From positions 1 to 60,633 of the forward strand of contig JAUCBJ010008283.1 of the NCBI GenBank assembly GCA_032718475.1: 60,633 nt of DNA, written 5' to 3'. Under the pieces are notes generated by a model. The model did not search any database. It was given only the letters and a program-made list of their open reading frames with translations, and was not told the DNA's origin. Shown here piece after piece: positions 33,141-46,567 of the stretch. The position numbers were made by a program, and so were the translations under genes. The DNA is from Nemertoderma westbladi. Lineage: Eukaryota; Animalia; Xenacoelomorpha. Each line of letters opens with the position of its first letter. Position 1 is the first letter of the stretch.

Positions 33141-35575
33141 TTTTAAGAATTTTTATTTAACTTTTAAGAATTTGTAACTGCTTTTAATACAACTTTTGGA
33201 AACTTTTCTATAACTTGTGAGAATTGTTATACATGGTTCATAACAATATTTAGTGATGATATTTGGTGTGATGATATTTAGTAATAAATAATAGTAGTGA
33301 TAAAATATTATTTTTAGCGACAAATTATTATTTTTAGTGACAAAGGATTATTTTTAGTGATTAATGATTATTTTTTGTGATAAGTGATTATATTTAGTAT
33401 AAGTCATAATTTTTAGTTAATTTGTAATGTTTTTTTATAGATAAAACGATTATTTATTAATGAATGATTATTTTCGCATTAAATTTATTGAAAATCTCAT
33501 TATTATTAGTGAGTCGAAAAATAGGTGCCTTTGTTTATAGTACCCGTGTCAATATGTTGCGAGAAAGGAGCCTTAGGGATTCCTCCGGTGTTTCGTGTGT
33601 CTCTCATTCACTGATCACTTCAATGTATAAGCTTACTGCTTACTTCGAGTTATATGATATGATATAGATGCATTGTTTCCGTTATAATGCAATCAATGAC
33701 CAAACCAAAATATAATTAATTTGTTAAGACCATGCCATGCAATAAGAGTTGATGAAACAATCCAAACAAGTTGTAGCCATTAGCCATGATAAGAGTGTGT
33801 GGAACATCTTACATCTATGCAAGGAAATACAACGTGTTTCTCGCAAACTGTGTATATCTCGTGACAGATTCTCAATCTGTCTTGAGATATAGGATCGCTG
33901 ATAGGGATGATCACATTTACGTCAGATGATTCGCTCCAAATAAATAGATAACAAAGATTCGCATCCCCAGGAATGTGGTTTGCATTTGCGATGGATTACC
34001 ACTCTGGGCCGTTTACCACTCCGTTCCTGGGTAACATTTAGGCATCGGTATCATGAGAATGCATCTTAGCCTTATTTCCACATCAGTACACGAGGCTGTC
34101 GCGATGCGACTTTTATATTAAGTAATAGTCCATAATTCTAATACTTTCCTAAAAAACGTCGATAAAGCCCAATAGATACAGGACGTTTATCTGTGCAGGC
34201 ATTAATAGATCATATTGTTTTTTCGAAATAAAGGTCAGATGCATAGTGCTCATCAAATTTTATTATTCCTTTCTCAGAAGATAGAAATTATTTTCTGGTA
34301 CTATAAAAATTGGTGTGAGCGATATGGATATTAGACTACAGATATAGACAGAATTGTTCACATCCGGTGTGTCAAGAAATTACTGTTCATGTGTTATTAA
34401 GAAGCCTTTTAGATGGTGGGTCGCATAGCTTTTAAGATAATTAATTATATGAAGAAAATTACTATATTCATACCCTTGGTATTTAAAAGAATGCAGTATT
34501 TACTTCATAGAAAAACGCTTTAAAAATTTTAAAATTAAAGAAAAGCTACTCTTCTCTATCACGCTGCTTCGGGCTTCGAAACTCATTAAATATATGAACC
34601 CCCTACCCCCTTCAATGGTTATTTCCATCAGCTATCCACAGATGAAGGGTTTCAATATAAATCATGTGTCAACAAAACCCTGACTCGGATAATAAAAAGA
34701 TTACATCTCGGAATTCAAACATTCGTACCTGGGATGTGTCGGTAGGAGTAATGAATCTATTTTAGCGGTCAGATTTCCCCGGGTTAGTGACAGCAAAGCT
34801 TAGGAAAGCCCTGCTCTAACATTGGCATTAAATGCCCACCCTAGGATCCCAAACAGGTCAATATTTTCTATCGTTATCTTTAACCCCGCAGAATTGGGCT
34901 AATCCCATTCACCATGAGAGGTTCACTGTATGGGGCGTCGTTAATACAAAAAGGTCAGAAAAAAATATATTATTAAGAAAAAATATACATTAGTGAGAAA
35001 AAAGTTAATATTTTTAGTGACAAAAAAATATCCGTGTGTACGATTAAATATCCACTCTCGTAGCCGGGTTTTATGGACGCTACTGGTGTAGGTTTACAAT
35101 TCGTCATATCTATTCTACTTACAGGCAGAGACAGAGTACAAAAAATATAATATTAAAATTGCGTTGGTGTTGTCCCTAGTTGAATGCTTGATACGGGGGG
35201 TATCGGAAAGAATTATTACGATAATGGGGATAACAATAAGTGTCGACAAGAACCCATGCATGTAAACCTATTATTATTGCCAATGATCTCGTCGTTTGGG
35301 TCGTGTTGCCTCGGGGTTCTATGTGATTAACTACCTTTCAAGCTGAATGAGGAGATAACACTAGGCACATTACATGCATCACAAATTAGAACATAGAGAA
35401 ACAATTGCGTTAATAATCTAAATGCTAAGTAATAATTATTATATAATGTAAGTAATATATATATATATAAATTTCTCTAACTATTACAAAACATATATCA
35501 ATCAAAACAATTATAAATATCCTATACAGAGTAGAATGTGGTGCATATACATGCATAAATTTATAACTTTTTGCA

Positions 35576-35998
35576 ATGGGTGATCCGGGGGCCACTGGAT
35601 GGGGGATACAGGGGCCCCTGGATGGGGGATGCAGGGCCCCCTGGATGGATGATCCCGGGCCCCCTGGATGGGGGATGCAGGGCCCCCTGGATGGATGATC
35701 CTGGGCCCCCTGGATGGGTGATCCCGGGCCCCCTGGATGGGGGATGCAGGGCCCCCTGGATGGGTGATCCAGGGGCCCCTGGATGGGGGATGCAGGGCCC
35801 CCTGGATGGATGATCCCGGGCCCCCTGGATGGGGGATGCAGGGCCCCCTGGATGGATGATCCCGGGCCCCCTGGATGGGGGATGCAGGGCCCCCTGGATG
35901 GATGATCCTGGGCCCCCTGGATGGGTGATCCAGGGGCCCCTGGATGGGGGATACAGAGGCTCCTGGATGGGTGATACAGAGGCCCCTGGAAGGGTGAT
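35576..35998. repeat. GC-rich compound minisatellite (GGGCCCCCTGGATGG-based, ~23-bp units)
   Basis: Alternating GGGCCCCCTGGATGGGGGATGCA and GGGCCCCCTGGATGG(A/G)TGATCC units. Confidence 0.92.
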
Positions 35999-36229
35999 AA
36001 GTTCCATGTTACACTACAAGTTTCATTCTCGTTTATTAATATTTAAAATTATTTTTAATTACATAGAATGTAAATTAATTAATTTTTTTGAATCTCAGCG
36101 AATTTAAGTGATTAATGAACAAATATTTGATTAATGATATAAAAACGTTGACAATATTTTGGAATCTCATCTTTCCTCTGTCGGGTGGTCGGTGGTGGTA
36201 ACCATTCCCACAGTCTATGATTCGTTGAC

Positions 36230-36948
36230 AATATCTGGAATTGCAGGGTTGTCAAGGAGATCGTAAAAACCCTCAAGAGTGGTTGTTCATAGGATTGATG
36301 TGGCGTTGCCTATAATAAAACCAATTATAATGCGTTGAAGCAGAAATCTGTGGGAGCGGAGTTCGTGTAATCTCGGACCGATCTCCTTGAGGATTATAAT
36401 TGTTGGACCTGGGTGACCAAAGGCTTCAACCGGTTAAAAAAGGAATCCGCGGTTTACAATATCTTCATATTTCTGCTCTTTCACATATTCCTGCTACTCG
36501 GCAACGCATCCCACATTAGTGTTTTCCCTCGAGCCCAGGTAATCATGGTAACGCCATCACCGCACTTCCCATTTCCAAGGCAGAGTCCGATGGGTTCCAG
36601 GGTGGATGGAATAACATCATTTAATGATGTTATTTATGGTTGTGTGATGTGCATGTTGGCCAGAGTTTCGATGGCAGAAGAGACCATGCAGACCGTTGGC
36701 TACCACTGAGTTACCAAACCTGGCGTAGGAGTGAAGTTCAGTGATTACACAGCCCAGGTGTGTGGCAGTAGCAATACGAAACTGAGCATTGGTGAGTTTT
36801 AACGGGAGAAAACTGCATGGGACTGTATCCAGCCAACAGCCAGCCACACCGTCAATGGAGTTGAACCACACTGTATCTAAGGGGAGATTCGTTTTGGCGA
36901 AGCATGCCGAGTTTGCCTGGTGGATTGGTTGAGTCCAAGAGTATTCCG
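36230..36948 (-). mobile_element. Degenerate CRE-like LINE 3' region
   Basis: GCWLDTVP..LKLTNAQFRIA..HLG...ANGLHGLFC..HTTINNII..LEPIGL..DGVTMITWARGKTLMWD, with stops and frameshifts; boundaries approximate. Confidence 0.7.
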
Positions 36949-38023
36949 GGCTCCAAGAGCATTGCAGGCTCCAAGAGCATTGCAGGCTCCAAGAGCATTG
37001 CAGGCTCCAAAGGCATTGCAGGCTCCAAAGGCATTGCAGGCTCCAAGAGCATTGCAGGCTCCAAGAGCATTGTAGGCTCCAAGAGCATTGCAGGCTCCAA
37101 AGGCATTGCAGGCTCCAAGAGCATTGCAGGCTCCAAAGGCATTGCAGGCTCCAAGAGCATTGCAGGCTCCAAGAGCATTGCAGGCTCCAAGAGGCATTGC
37201 AGGCTCCAAAGGCATTGCAGGCTCCAAGAGCATTGCAGGCTCCAAAGGCATTGCAGGCTCCAAGAGCATTGCAGGCTCCACCAGGCATTGCAGGCTCCAA
37301 GAGCATTGCAGGCTCCAAGAGCATTGCAGGCTCCAAGAGCATTGCAGGCTCACCAGGCATTGCAGGCTCCAAGAGCATTGCAAGCTCCAAAGGCATTGCA
37401 GGCTCCAAGAGCATTGCAGGCTCCAAAGGCATTGCAGGCTCCAAGAGCATTGCAGGCTCCAAGAGGCATTGCAGGCTCCAAGAGGCATTGCAGGCTCCAA
37501 GAGCATTGCTGGCTCCAAGAGGCATTGCAGGCTCCAACAGGCATTGCAGGCTCCAAGAGCATTGCAGGCTCCAAGAGCATTGCAGGCTCCAAGAGCATTG
37601 CAGGCTCCAAGAGGCATTGCAGGCTCCAAAGGCATTGCAGGCTCCAAGAGGCATTGCAGGCTCACCAGGCATTGCAGGCACCAAGAGCATTGCAAGCTCC
37701 AAGAGGCATTGCAGGCTCCAAGAGGCATTGCAGGCTCCAAGAGGCATTGCAGGCTCCAAGGCATTGCAGGCTCCAAGAGCATTGCAGGCTCCAAGAGCAT
37801 TGCAGGCTCCAAGAGGCATTGGAGGCTCCAAGAGGCATTGCAGGCTCCAAGAGGCATTGCAGGCTCCCAGAGCATTGCAGGCTCCAAGAGCATTGCAGGC
37901 TCCAAGAGCATTATAGGCTCCAAGAACATTGCCGGCTCCAAAGGCATTGCAGGCTCCAAAGGCATTGCGGGCTCCAAGAGCATTGCAGGCTCCAAGAGCA
38001 TTGCAGGCTCCAAGAGCATTGCA
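36949..38023. repeat. 18-bp minisatellite (with 20-bp variants), ~58 copies
   Basis: Unit GGCTCCAAGAGCATTGCA. Confidence 0.97.
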
Positions 38024-38289
38024 AGATGACCAGACCACTTGTCCAGAGCAGCAACAGAGAATGTGTCAACAGTCAACAACAGTTATTCAAAACAGTTGTC
38101 TGAGGGCAACCTGCCCTATCCGAACTGTTTCAATATGATAACTATGGCGCTGAAAGCCAGATAATTGACGTACATATTTTTCTAATGTCATATATTATTC
38201 TCTTAAGTTGTACGAAAATTTGGATGCAAGTGAAACAAAGTGTGAAACAAAAGACAAAATGTAGATTTCATTCAATCTTTATTTTATAG

Positions 38290-38405
38290 GAAGTTATGAA
38301 GAAATTAGTAAATCGATATATTCATCAGTTTAAGATGTCCCGGAAAGACATGGGCGTGAATGCAGACGACTTAAATGAAATAAAACAAGATATCTCAAGT
38401 TTAAG
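38290..38405 (+). CDS. TRPC: TRPC channel exon (C-terminal helices)
   Basis: ttttatag|EVMKKLVNRYIHQFK...VNADDLNEIKQDISSLR|gttagc. Confidence 0.93.
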
Positions 38406-38509
38406 GTTAGCAAAGCAACAACTTAGTTTTGAGTTTTCGGTTTTTTCAAATCAGTTTTTGTATGCACTACCATACTTCGAGCACTCCTCCTCCTCATGTT
38501 GATGACAAT

Positions 38510-39300
38510 ACAGAAAAAAATCCAACACCCAACCCTTTCCGACAGAAAGCATGGGCTAACTCTCTTAACATCATCCGGTTTGAAGAACTACTACTAGCAA
38601 CCACCCAAACCCCACTCGACAAGGCACGCCTTTTAGCTGTCCGAGCAGAACACTCAGGGGACTGGATAAATGCCCTTCCAATATCTGCCCTGGGACCCCG
38701 CCGTGATGATGACCAACTAAGAATCGGCGTAGATCTTCGCCTTGAAACTACAATATGCACTGAGCACGAGGTGTAGGAGCTGTTGTACCCAGGTAAACAC
38801 CACAAGCATACATACATGGGCTAAGCCGTGTCCACAACTTTGGCAAATGCCGGCATGCTGATGCCAATGATATCATCCATAGAGCCGTTAACTCAGCAGA
38901 AGTACCATCCTCATTAGAACCACGAGGATTGACAAGGGATGGGAGAAAGCCAGATGGAATGACCCTCTTTCCATAGTCTAAAGACAGGATGCTTGTGTGG
39001 GATTACAATTCCAGAGATACCCTAGCCATATCTTATCTCCCCATGATATCCGAGACTGCAGGAGTAGCAGCATTGCTGCAGAATGACTAAAGGCCAACAA
39101 ATATGAAGATCTGTGCCACGACCATCACTTTATAACGATTGCAACCGAGACTATAGGGCCTATTGGGGCCGAGCCCGTCAGTACCATACATGAGATTGGG
39201 AGGAAGAATGCCAATACCACTGACGAACCCCGCTCCACTTAAGAGGAAATGCCACTGCAGTCCTGACCTTCCCCACAAACAGGAGCCTGGACGAAGTCTT
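38510..39300 (+). mobile_element. Degenerate CRE-like LINE 3' region with REL endonuclease
   Basis: QKAW...DKARLLAV..HSGDWINALPISALG..DDDQLRIGVDLRL...[45 protein letters not shown]; several stops. Confidence 0.8.
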
Positions 39301-39706
39301 CTTGCTGTAGAAAACGAGTTCAATCCCATGCAAAATAAGCTCCCCAATTCCCTTTTTTTATGATCTACCAGCACTTTTATTGCTCAGTGTTACATGGTAA
39401 TCAGAAACAATTATGTTCATGTCCTTTTGTTTATTTACGTCAATAACAATACATTATTGTATATTTAATGTCCAGTAGGTCCAGTAGGTTAATTAATTTA
39501 ATAAAATGGGTTAAGAAAATTAAATCAAGATCGATTTATTATTTTTTTCTGTATTTATTTATGTATTTGATTTATTAATTTTACGGGTGGACGAATAATC
39601 TGTTTGTAATATAATTCTTTTGAGGGAATATTTATAAAGCGTTCCCATCATGATTTTGAGTGAGGAGATGTCACTAAGTTAAAACAACATGTTCCAGAAT
39701 ATGGTG

Positions 39707-40494
39707 TATGAGGCGCTGCTCACGCCGAAATATAAGTCAGCCTTCTTTTTGATATCGATAACTCACGTCCGTTCTCGGACAGATAATTATCGGTCCGAGA
39801 AAATATAAAACGGAAATGGTAATTCCTATGTAATTTCTCAATCCGAGAAAAACATACAAACAAAAAACAATATTCGCGAAGGGATTCTCCTAGTGATTGA
39901 TTTTATTCCCAGTTGCAGTTTTCACATTCGAGGGAATCTCGAGTGCATGTGTGCGACTCAATTTTGCCTGATTTTCTTTCTGTCTAAGAATTTGTATGTC
40001 TGCATGTTTGTACGTCAACACCATGTCCATCGATATTCATATTAAAACTTTTTGCATTCTGGACAATATAATCTTTGTGTGTGATAACTAGGTATAACTG
40101 GGTAACATATATGTTATATATTTATAAACTTCACCAAACTTATGCATTATTGACCGCTCTTTTTTATCCAAATAGACCGACAGACTGACAGACTTTTTGA
40201 TAGGCAGACAGGCAATCATCATTTTAGATTCCATCAAATGTGATAATTGAAATCTAAAATGCTAGGAGAATAGCAAAAAATTTATTAATGTGAAATGGGT
40301 TTATGAAGATGATAGGAAATCTAATAAATGAGAGCAGTTTGACTGGTTCTAACAAGCGACAGACAGACATAGGAAATCAATACAAATTCTCGGATTGAAA
40401 ATTCTCGGCACGATAATTTTCGGATCGGAAATCCATATAGGATATCAATATAAACATAAATGTGACTTAATCTTGGCGTGAACCGCATCTCATA
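39707..40494. mobile_element. Old MITE with degenerate ~32-bp TIRs
   Basis: TATGAGGCGCTGCTCACGCCGAAATATAAGTCA versus the reverse complement of TGACTTAATCTTGGCGTGAACCGCATCTCATA. Confidence 0.6.
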
Positions 40495-40607
40495 AAGGTG
40501 TCATGTTTGTGGAATAATTATATTGTTTGAAATTAGTCCTATATATCATAAAATTTAATTTGTTAATAATTTTAAATAAAATATAAATAAATTATAACTT
40601 TGTGAAG

Positions 40608-40938
40608 GTACGAACTGCGCGAAGACCGCAAAAGAGAAGCTTCAAGAGGTTCCCAGCACATCGACTCCATCAAACGAGATATATTGAAGACGTTGCAGGA
40701 GGTTGGGTTGATGGTCCGAAGCGGTAACACGGATGAAGGACTCTCCGATCTGCGACACAATCTCATAGAAACAGTGAGGGAGGAAATACGCGACTCCTTG
40801 GGGACTCATAGAAGAACTAATTACACTCGCCCAGCACAAACCACGAGAACTAATACAATGGACAGCAGCGAGACGACCAACTATATGCAAAGCGAAGGCT
40901 CCGAATTGTATCACACACATCTTTATACTCAATTGTAA
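40608..40938 (+). CDS. TRPC: TRPC channel last coding exon
   Basis: tgtgaag|G TAC GAA gives (R)YELREDRKREASRGSQHIDSIKRDIL...HLYTQL*; phase 2 matches the previous exon (QDISSLR-YEL). Confidence 0.9.
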
Positions 40939-41789
40939 CACAGAAAAACAAAAGACAGTGCGCATAGATTTATCCCAATATTAGCACTATTATTACATAT
41001 TCATATTATTAAAGCAGTGAAAACTTAGCAAGGGTCGGCCGTGAGCCCACGTAGTAATTGTTCTGAGACTTTCATTGCCAACTGGCTGGTCCATGTTGCT
41101 ATTTTCACTCGTGCTTGATTATGTTCAATAATCTTGTATAGTTTTAGAAGAAAGGTATTACAAATTTTCTCATTATTTATCTTGATCTAACGCCATCATA
41201 CTTTTTACACAATAAAGACCTAAAACTTAATGATAAATGTATGATGCTGCTGGATGCTGTATGAATGTATGATGCTGCTGGATGCTGTATGAATGTATGA
41301 TGCTGACCTAAATATGGGATTTAACTGGCATATTATTCCTTAAACGACAGTTGCGCAATAAGTCATTGCTTCAATGACTCATACGTTGCTAATTACCAAA
41401 TTGCCCAATATTTTGCGAATAAAGCTATATATTAGGCATGCTGCCTAATATATATGGCATGCTCTGGGGCAATAAATTTGGTTGAAAATGGCTTTCATCC
41501 CATCGTAAAGAAAGTTAAGTTAACTGTCAAAAACTTTTTGGGGTTAACCAAAAGACCAACAATGCTCCAATGAGCTGAGGAGCCGTTGTGATTCCAAGAA
41601 TACTCCTATTGAATGGGATAATCTTTGTTCCCATTTATCGACCACTGAAGGATGAAAGCCAGGGTTGGGCTAGGCTGCAGCATTTAAAGCACTGTGCCCA
41701 AACAGTGTTGCCACATCTAGGGATCGAACCAGTGCCTCCAGTTTAGAACCCCAGGAATATCACCATTACACCAAGCTGCTGCTATTGTG

Positions 41790-42420
41790 TGTAGAATACT
41801 CATATTGTCATCAACAATTTCTAGATCAGTAAGGTGCTGCTTGACTGGATATACTCGACTTCTGGAGCCGGTAGGTGGTGTTACCATGGAGCCGGTAGGT
41901 GGTGTTACCATGGAGCCGGTAGGTGGTGTTACCATGGAGCAGGTAGGTGGTGTTACCATGGAGCAGGTAGGTGGTGTTACCATGGAGCCGGTAGGTGGTG
42001 TTACCACGGGGCCAGTAGGTGGTGTTACCATGGAGCCGGTAGGCTGAACTATACTATACTATACTATACCATACTGGCCGGCAGGCCAGTATGAACATGA
42101 ACTGAGTCAAAGGCTTTAAGGAAGTCAACAAAGATAATAGCCAGTTGTCAGTCTTTCTTTAATGATAACTCTTCGATTATCCTTCTATGTGCCAAAATGG
42201 GCTCCATGGTCCCACGACCTTTACGGAACACATTCTGATTTCCACGTAGCATTCTCTCAATGGGATCCCTGTATAGCTATTATATAGTGGATCTATTGTA
42301 TAGCTTTGCAGTTATCTAGATCAACGAGATTCCTTGAAAAGACCCATAGAGTATTAGGTTGCCCTTCTTGGTAACTGGCACCAACTTAGTCGTTTTAATT
42401 TCTTGTGGAACTCAACCTAC
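41790..42420 (-). mobile_element. Degenerate RTE-type RT fragment
   Basis: Minus-strand remnants PVTKKGNL, FRKGRGTMEPILAHRRIIEE, VDFLKAFDSVH and LTDLEIVDD, interrupted by a tandem array. Confidence 0.65.
41864..42043. repeat. 24-bp minisatellite, ~7.5 copies
   Basis: Unit GGAGCCGGTAGGTGGTGTTACCAT. Confidence 0.95.
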
Positions 42421-44499
42421 AGTTTTAACTTCGGCAAATATCACCAATCGGTATATCTGGTAGTGCTGACTCATAGCATTAAGACAATAGATGCGGGTTT
42501 AATGTCTCTGCGGTAATTTATTTTCTTTTGAATTTTACTGGCCGAATATAAAAGAAACTGTAAATGATCTCTCTTATTCTGCGGTACATTATTCGGAGAT
42601 GTTTTTAACAGAAGAAGAATACAGAGCGTTAGTGTAGCGGCTAGGGTGTTTCAAAAAAACACTTTTTTCTTATTTTCATTGCTCAAGTGAATTTTCCCAT
42701 TGCATTTCACCTCAAAACATTATATACAAATTTTTTTCAAAAAATATTAAACTTAAGGGGTCGTACATCAGACCCAAAATATTGGAAAATGACGCCGCGC
42801 ATACTTTTTTTGCATTTCAACCTGAAATTTTCAAATGTGAAATCTGCAGTCCTCAAGTAGTTTAATTTAATCATATGGTGATTGTGAAGATTTACTTATG
42901 AAATTGTTTTAATTGAATTGATGCATAGGGGTGGTACAGATACATTTACTTTTTTTCAAAAACTGGAAAATTATGAAAAATTGTCACATATTAAATTTTC
43001 AGTTGTCATATTTTAGGTGTTAGATCTATTATATCCAGCCCTCAAGTAGTTTATCTAGGTGGGATAAATATTTCTCCATTTGACGCAACACCGCCGCGGC
43101 CGCTATGAGGGAGGTGAATACCGCGGCCGCTCCTAAAGCCGCAGGCCATCGCTAACTATATAGGTTAACTTGGGATTCTGGGGGACTTTTCGATGAAGGA
43201 ACTGACCAAATTTTTTTATTTTCTCACCAGGGGAGCGGCTCGGAATTCTAAGATATTAGCAACGCTAACATTAATAAATCTAACCCTTCGACGGACACGG
43301 CGGACAAAAAACCGTCATTTTTTCGACAATTTTAAAATTTTTTTGAAAGGCGCTCTACAGTGGCTCGAAAAAACCCTAGGTTGTTGCTTAGCCGACGCCG
43401 GGATACGATAGAAGGGATTAATTAGTGAATTCGTTTTTTTTTTCAAAAAAGATTACCACGCCTTTTTTCCGAAAATGTCCGTCAAAGTTGAAAAAACGGA
43501 CAAAATGACTTTGCGGGATCCGCTATAACTCGGCTAATATTAATCGTACGGGGACGAAAGTAACGCGGTTGGAAAGGGGAAGAGTGGTACTACCTTCGTA
43601 TCGAATGGGAGTAAGATATTTATTAAAATTTCGGGTGGAAAAAGGGGCTGTAAATTTGTACGTTTTTGTCCGTCTTTTTTGGAAATCTTATTTCCGAAAT
43701 GTTTAATTCGACAACGCGGGTAGGAATCCACTAATTCTTTTATGAAACTCGTAGAAGACCATTGGGGCTACGTTCCTATCGAATGGGGGTACAAAAAATA
43801 TGTCGGCAATAGGGGCCAAAAGGGCCAGAATTTGTAAAGTAGTTTTTATCGAATAATTTTTATTTTTAACTTTAGTTGGTTAAGGTACATTCTATACAGT
43901 CAATATCCATACGGGGAATTCAAATATGCTATCGGTTTTGCTCCAAGGATGATATTAAAAAAATGAGGGCCCAAATTAAAATTTCACGCTTCAAACTCGC
44001 TTCGCGGGAACTCGTCCAGCTCGAAAAATACATAAGGTCTGGGAGACTTATTTAAACAGTCTTATAGAGCGTCAAATTATCTATCTTTCAACGGTAGTTA
44101 CAGCGCCATAGCTATTATATAACTGGAGCGGCAGACGATCGTGTGAAATATACTACTTATAAAAAAGGGACGAAAAAATTTTTTTTTAATAAATCGCCAT
44201 TACATTATAATTTAACTTTTTGCGACAAAAGTTCCTGTAAAATGAAGCAAATTAACTCCACTATCTTTTTTCTTAACATTAATAATTAAAATAACGAGTT
44301 TTAAGGGTCGAAAAATATCGTGTAATTTTGGCCCTTTTTTTTCATTTTTTTTTGGGGCCAAAAATACCCCCTCTCAAAAGATAGAAAAAAAAATTACGGC
44401 AAAGAATATACCAATTTTATTGAATTTGGAGCACCAGAACCGAAGTTAGAGCGAATTTAGTCAAAAATTAAAAATATTTTTTTTGCAAAAAATTAAGAA

Positions 44500-44573
44500 T
44501 GGTCAATATTGGGTTTCGAACCCACGAACTTGGGTATCGTTAACGTGATTGATAACCACTAGACTACGTGACC
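44500..44573 (-). pseudogene. tRNA-like sequence (pseudo-tRNA or SINE head)
   Basis: GGTCACG-TAGTCTAGTGG (A box)...GTGGGTTCGAAACCCA (B box/T arm)...TGACCA, 74 nt; D and anticodon stems pair poorly. Confidence 0.55.
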
Positions 44574-46567
44574 AAGAGAATTCGAAATTTTCGAGTGATT
44601 ATTTTTAAACATCAATAACTTCTGTTCTACAGGACCGTTTGATCTGAAACTTTTTTCATTGGATAGAGGATAGATTGTAGTGTGTGAAATAGGATACAAC
44701 TTGGGAAAAGACGCATGTGCACTTAGTGCATAATGCACTTAAAAAGTACACATTTTTCGATATTTTAAACACTATTATTTCCAGTTCTATTCATCGTAGA
44801 ATAGAATTAAAATGTAGTTTGGAGTGATTTCTAACTATAATCGTAACATTTGTTTAACTTTTTATGTATATAAAGTGATTTAAAATGCCCATGAATATGG
44901 TCCAAAATCGCAAATGTCGCGATTTATTAAATTGGATTTTTTACACTTTTAGTGACTGACACTTGATCATACACCATCGTAGATCGGTAGAGGATAAACA
45001 TAAGTTTGTTAAATAAGAACCACCATTACAATCTGCTAAAGTGCACTTGTACAAATAAATGTGCAAAAGTGCAAATTTTTTAATAAGGTCAAATTATATA
45101 GCATTGGGTTCTTTTCTTTGCAGATACTTTATTTTCATATTAATATGTTGTTTGGCTCATACTGAGCGCATTAGGGATAAGTGTACAAATAACCGGCCCT
45201 TATTAAGGCTTCGATTGGGTTAATAAATAAAACATAAGGTTGTAATATTCTAAAAAACCAGTGTGATATTAAATGCACTTTAAACAATAAATAGAGATCA
45301 ATTAACAAATGGATAATAATATTATTATATATTTCGGATAATAAAGGGCCGGGCCTATCCCGGAACTACTACTACTATTAGTTGACCACACAATAAAAAA
45401 CTCGCACAATTTTGTACTTATTATATCGCTTCAAATTAATTCAACAGTGGATATTTGGGGGAAGGGGGAAGTTACAGTGTGCATTCGGGGGAAGTTTGGT
45501 GAACTGCATTTATGCAGTGAATCCAAACTTCCCCCTTTGATATATCATATACTTAAGACATGCTAGGGTGACGGGGAAATATTTGTTACTGTCACACTTT
45601 GCTTCCATTTATCCTATCCTTTATTATTACCCCAGTCAGATAAGAGATAATAATCAGTAAAAACTAAACTAAACTGTCTTTCATGCAAACAAATTTCTAA
45701 TTAAAGACGGGTGAATGACCATGACCATGGAAATAATTTTAAATATAATCGTATATCAACTCTTTGGGGAGGCTTCCAAACCCGAAAACAATTATTTCGT
45801 TACATATATTATAGTAAATAACGTTGTATGTTCTTCTTCCTCTCATAATAAAATGTATATGAAATATCTCTGATCGCTGTGCCCTGAACATTTCACAACC
45901 AAAATGTTTCAGTGTGAAAAGTGTAGGCCTACCACACCCCGCCCAAACAGCCGCAAACGCATAGCCAACAAATTTAACAAAAGGTTACATACATGTTGGG
46001 TTCATGACGAGATGAGTGAAAATTGAGCGCATAATATAAAGTAAAAAATTAAGAGTCGCGCCTGGCTCTCCTCCACTTTCTTACCCAATGGAAATGTTGT
46101 TGTTTTAATCTAATATTGGGGCGGCTTTCTCTCGTTAATCTTGTTAATGTGAAGTTATTAACACAAAAATTAATTATATGAGTTGAAATAAAGGGGTGAC
46201 ATAGACACAGTTCAGTTGGCCCAATATTGACATAATTGGGATTTGCGAATGGAATCGTAAGTGTAATAGTGTAGGTTTATGTTAATTCCTAAGGTGAAGG
46301 GACAAACACATTTTTTTGTTCAAATTAAGTTAAGTTAGTGAAAATAAAGTGTTATAATCAAAACAAAGACTAATCCTACAACATTTCACAAAAAAATATT
46401 TCAAGATTTTCAGGATCCAAACTGTCTCCAGATTTTCACAGATTTCGCGATCAATCGTCACAAAAGAGCTTCTCCGTTTTTCACTTCTGTTGATCGTACA
46501 GGCCTCTCATATTTGTCTCATTTGAATCACAAACGTCATTTTAGTGGGGGTAGACACCATGAAAACG

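Noticed and set aside
35561-38138. Collagen-like or Cys-rich repeat ORFs
   Set aside because: No sustained Gly-X-Y register; produced by the GC-rich and 18-bp arrays.
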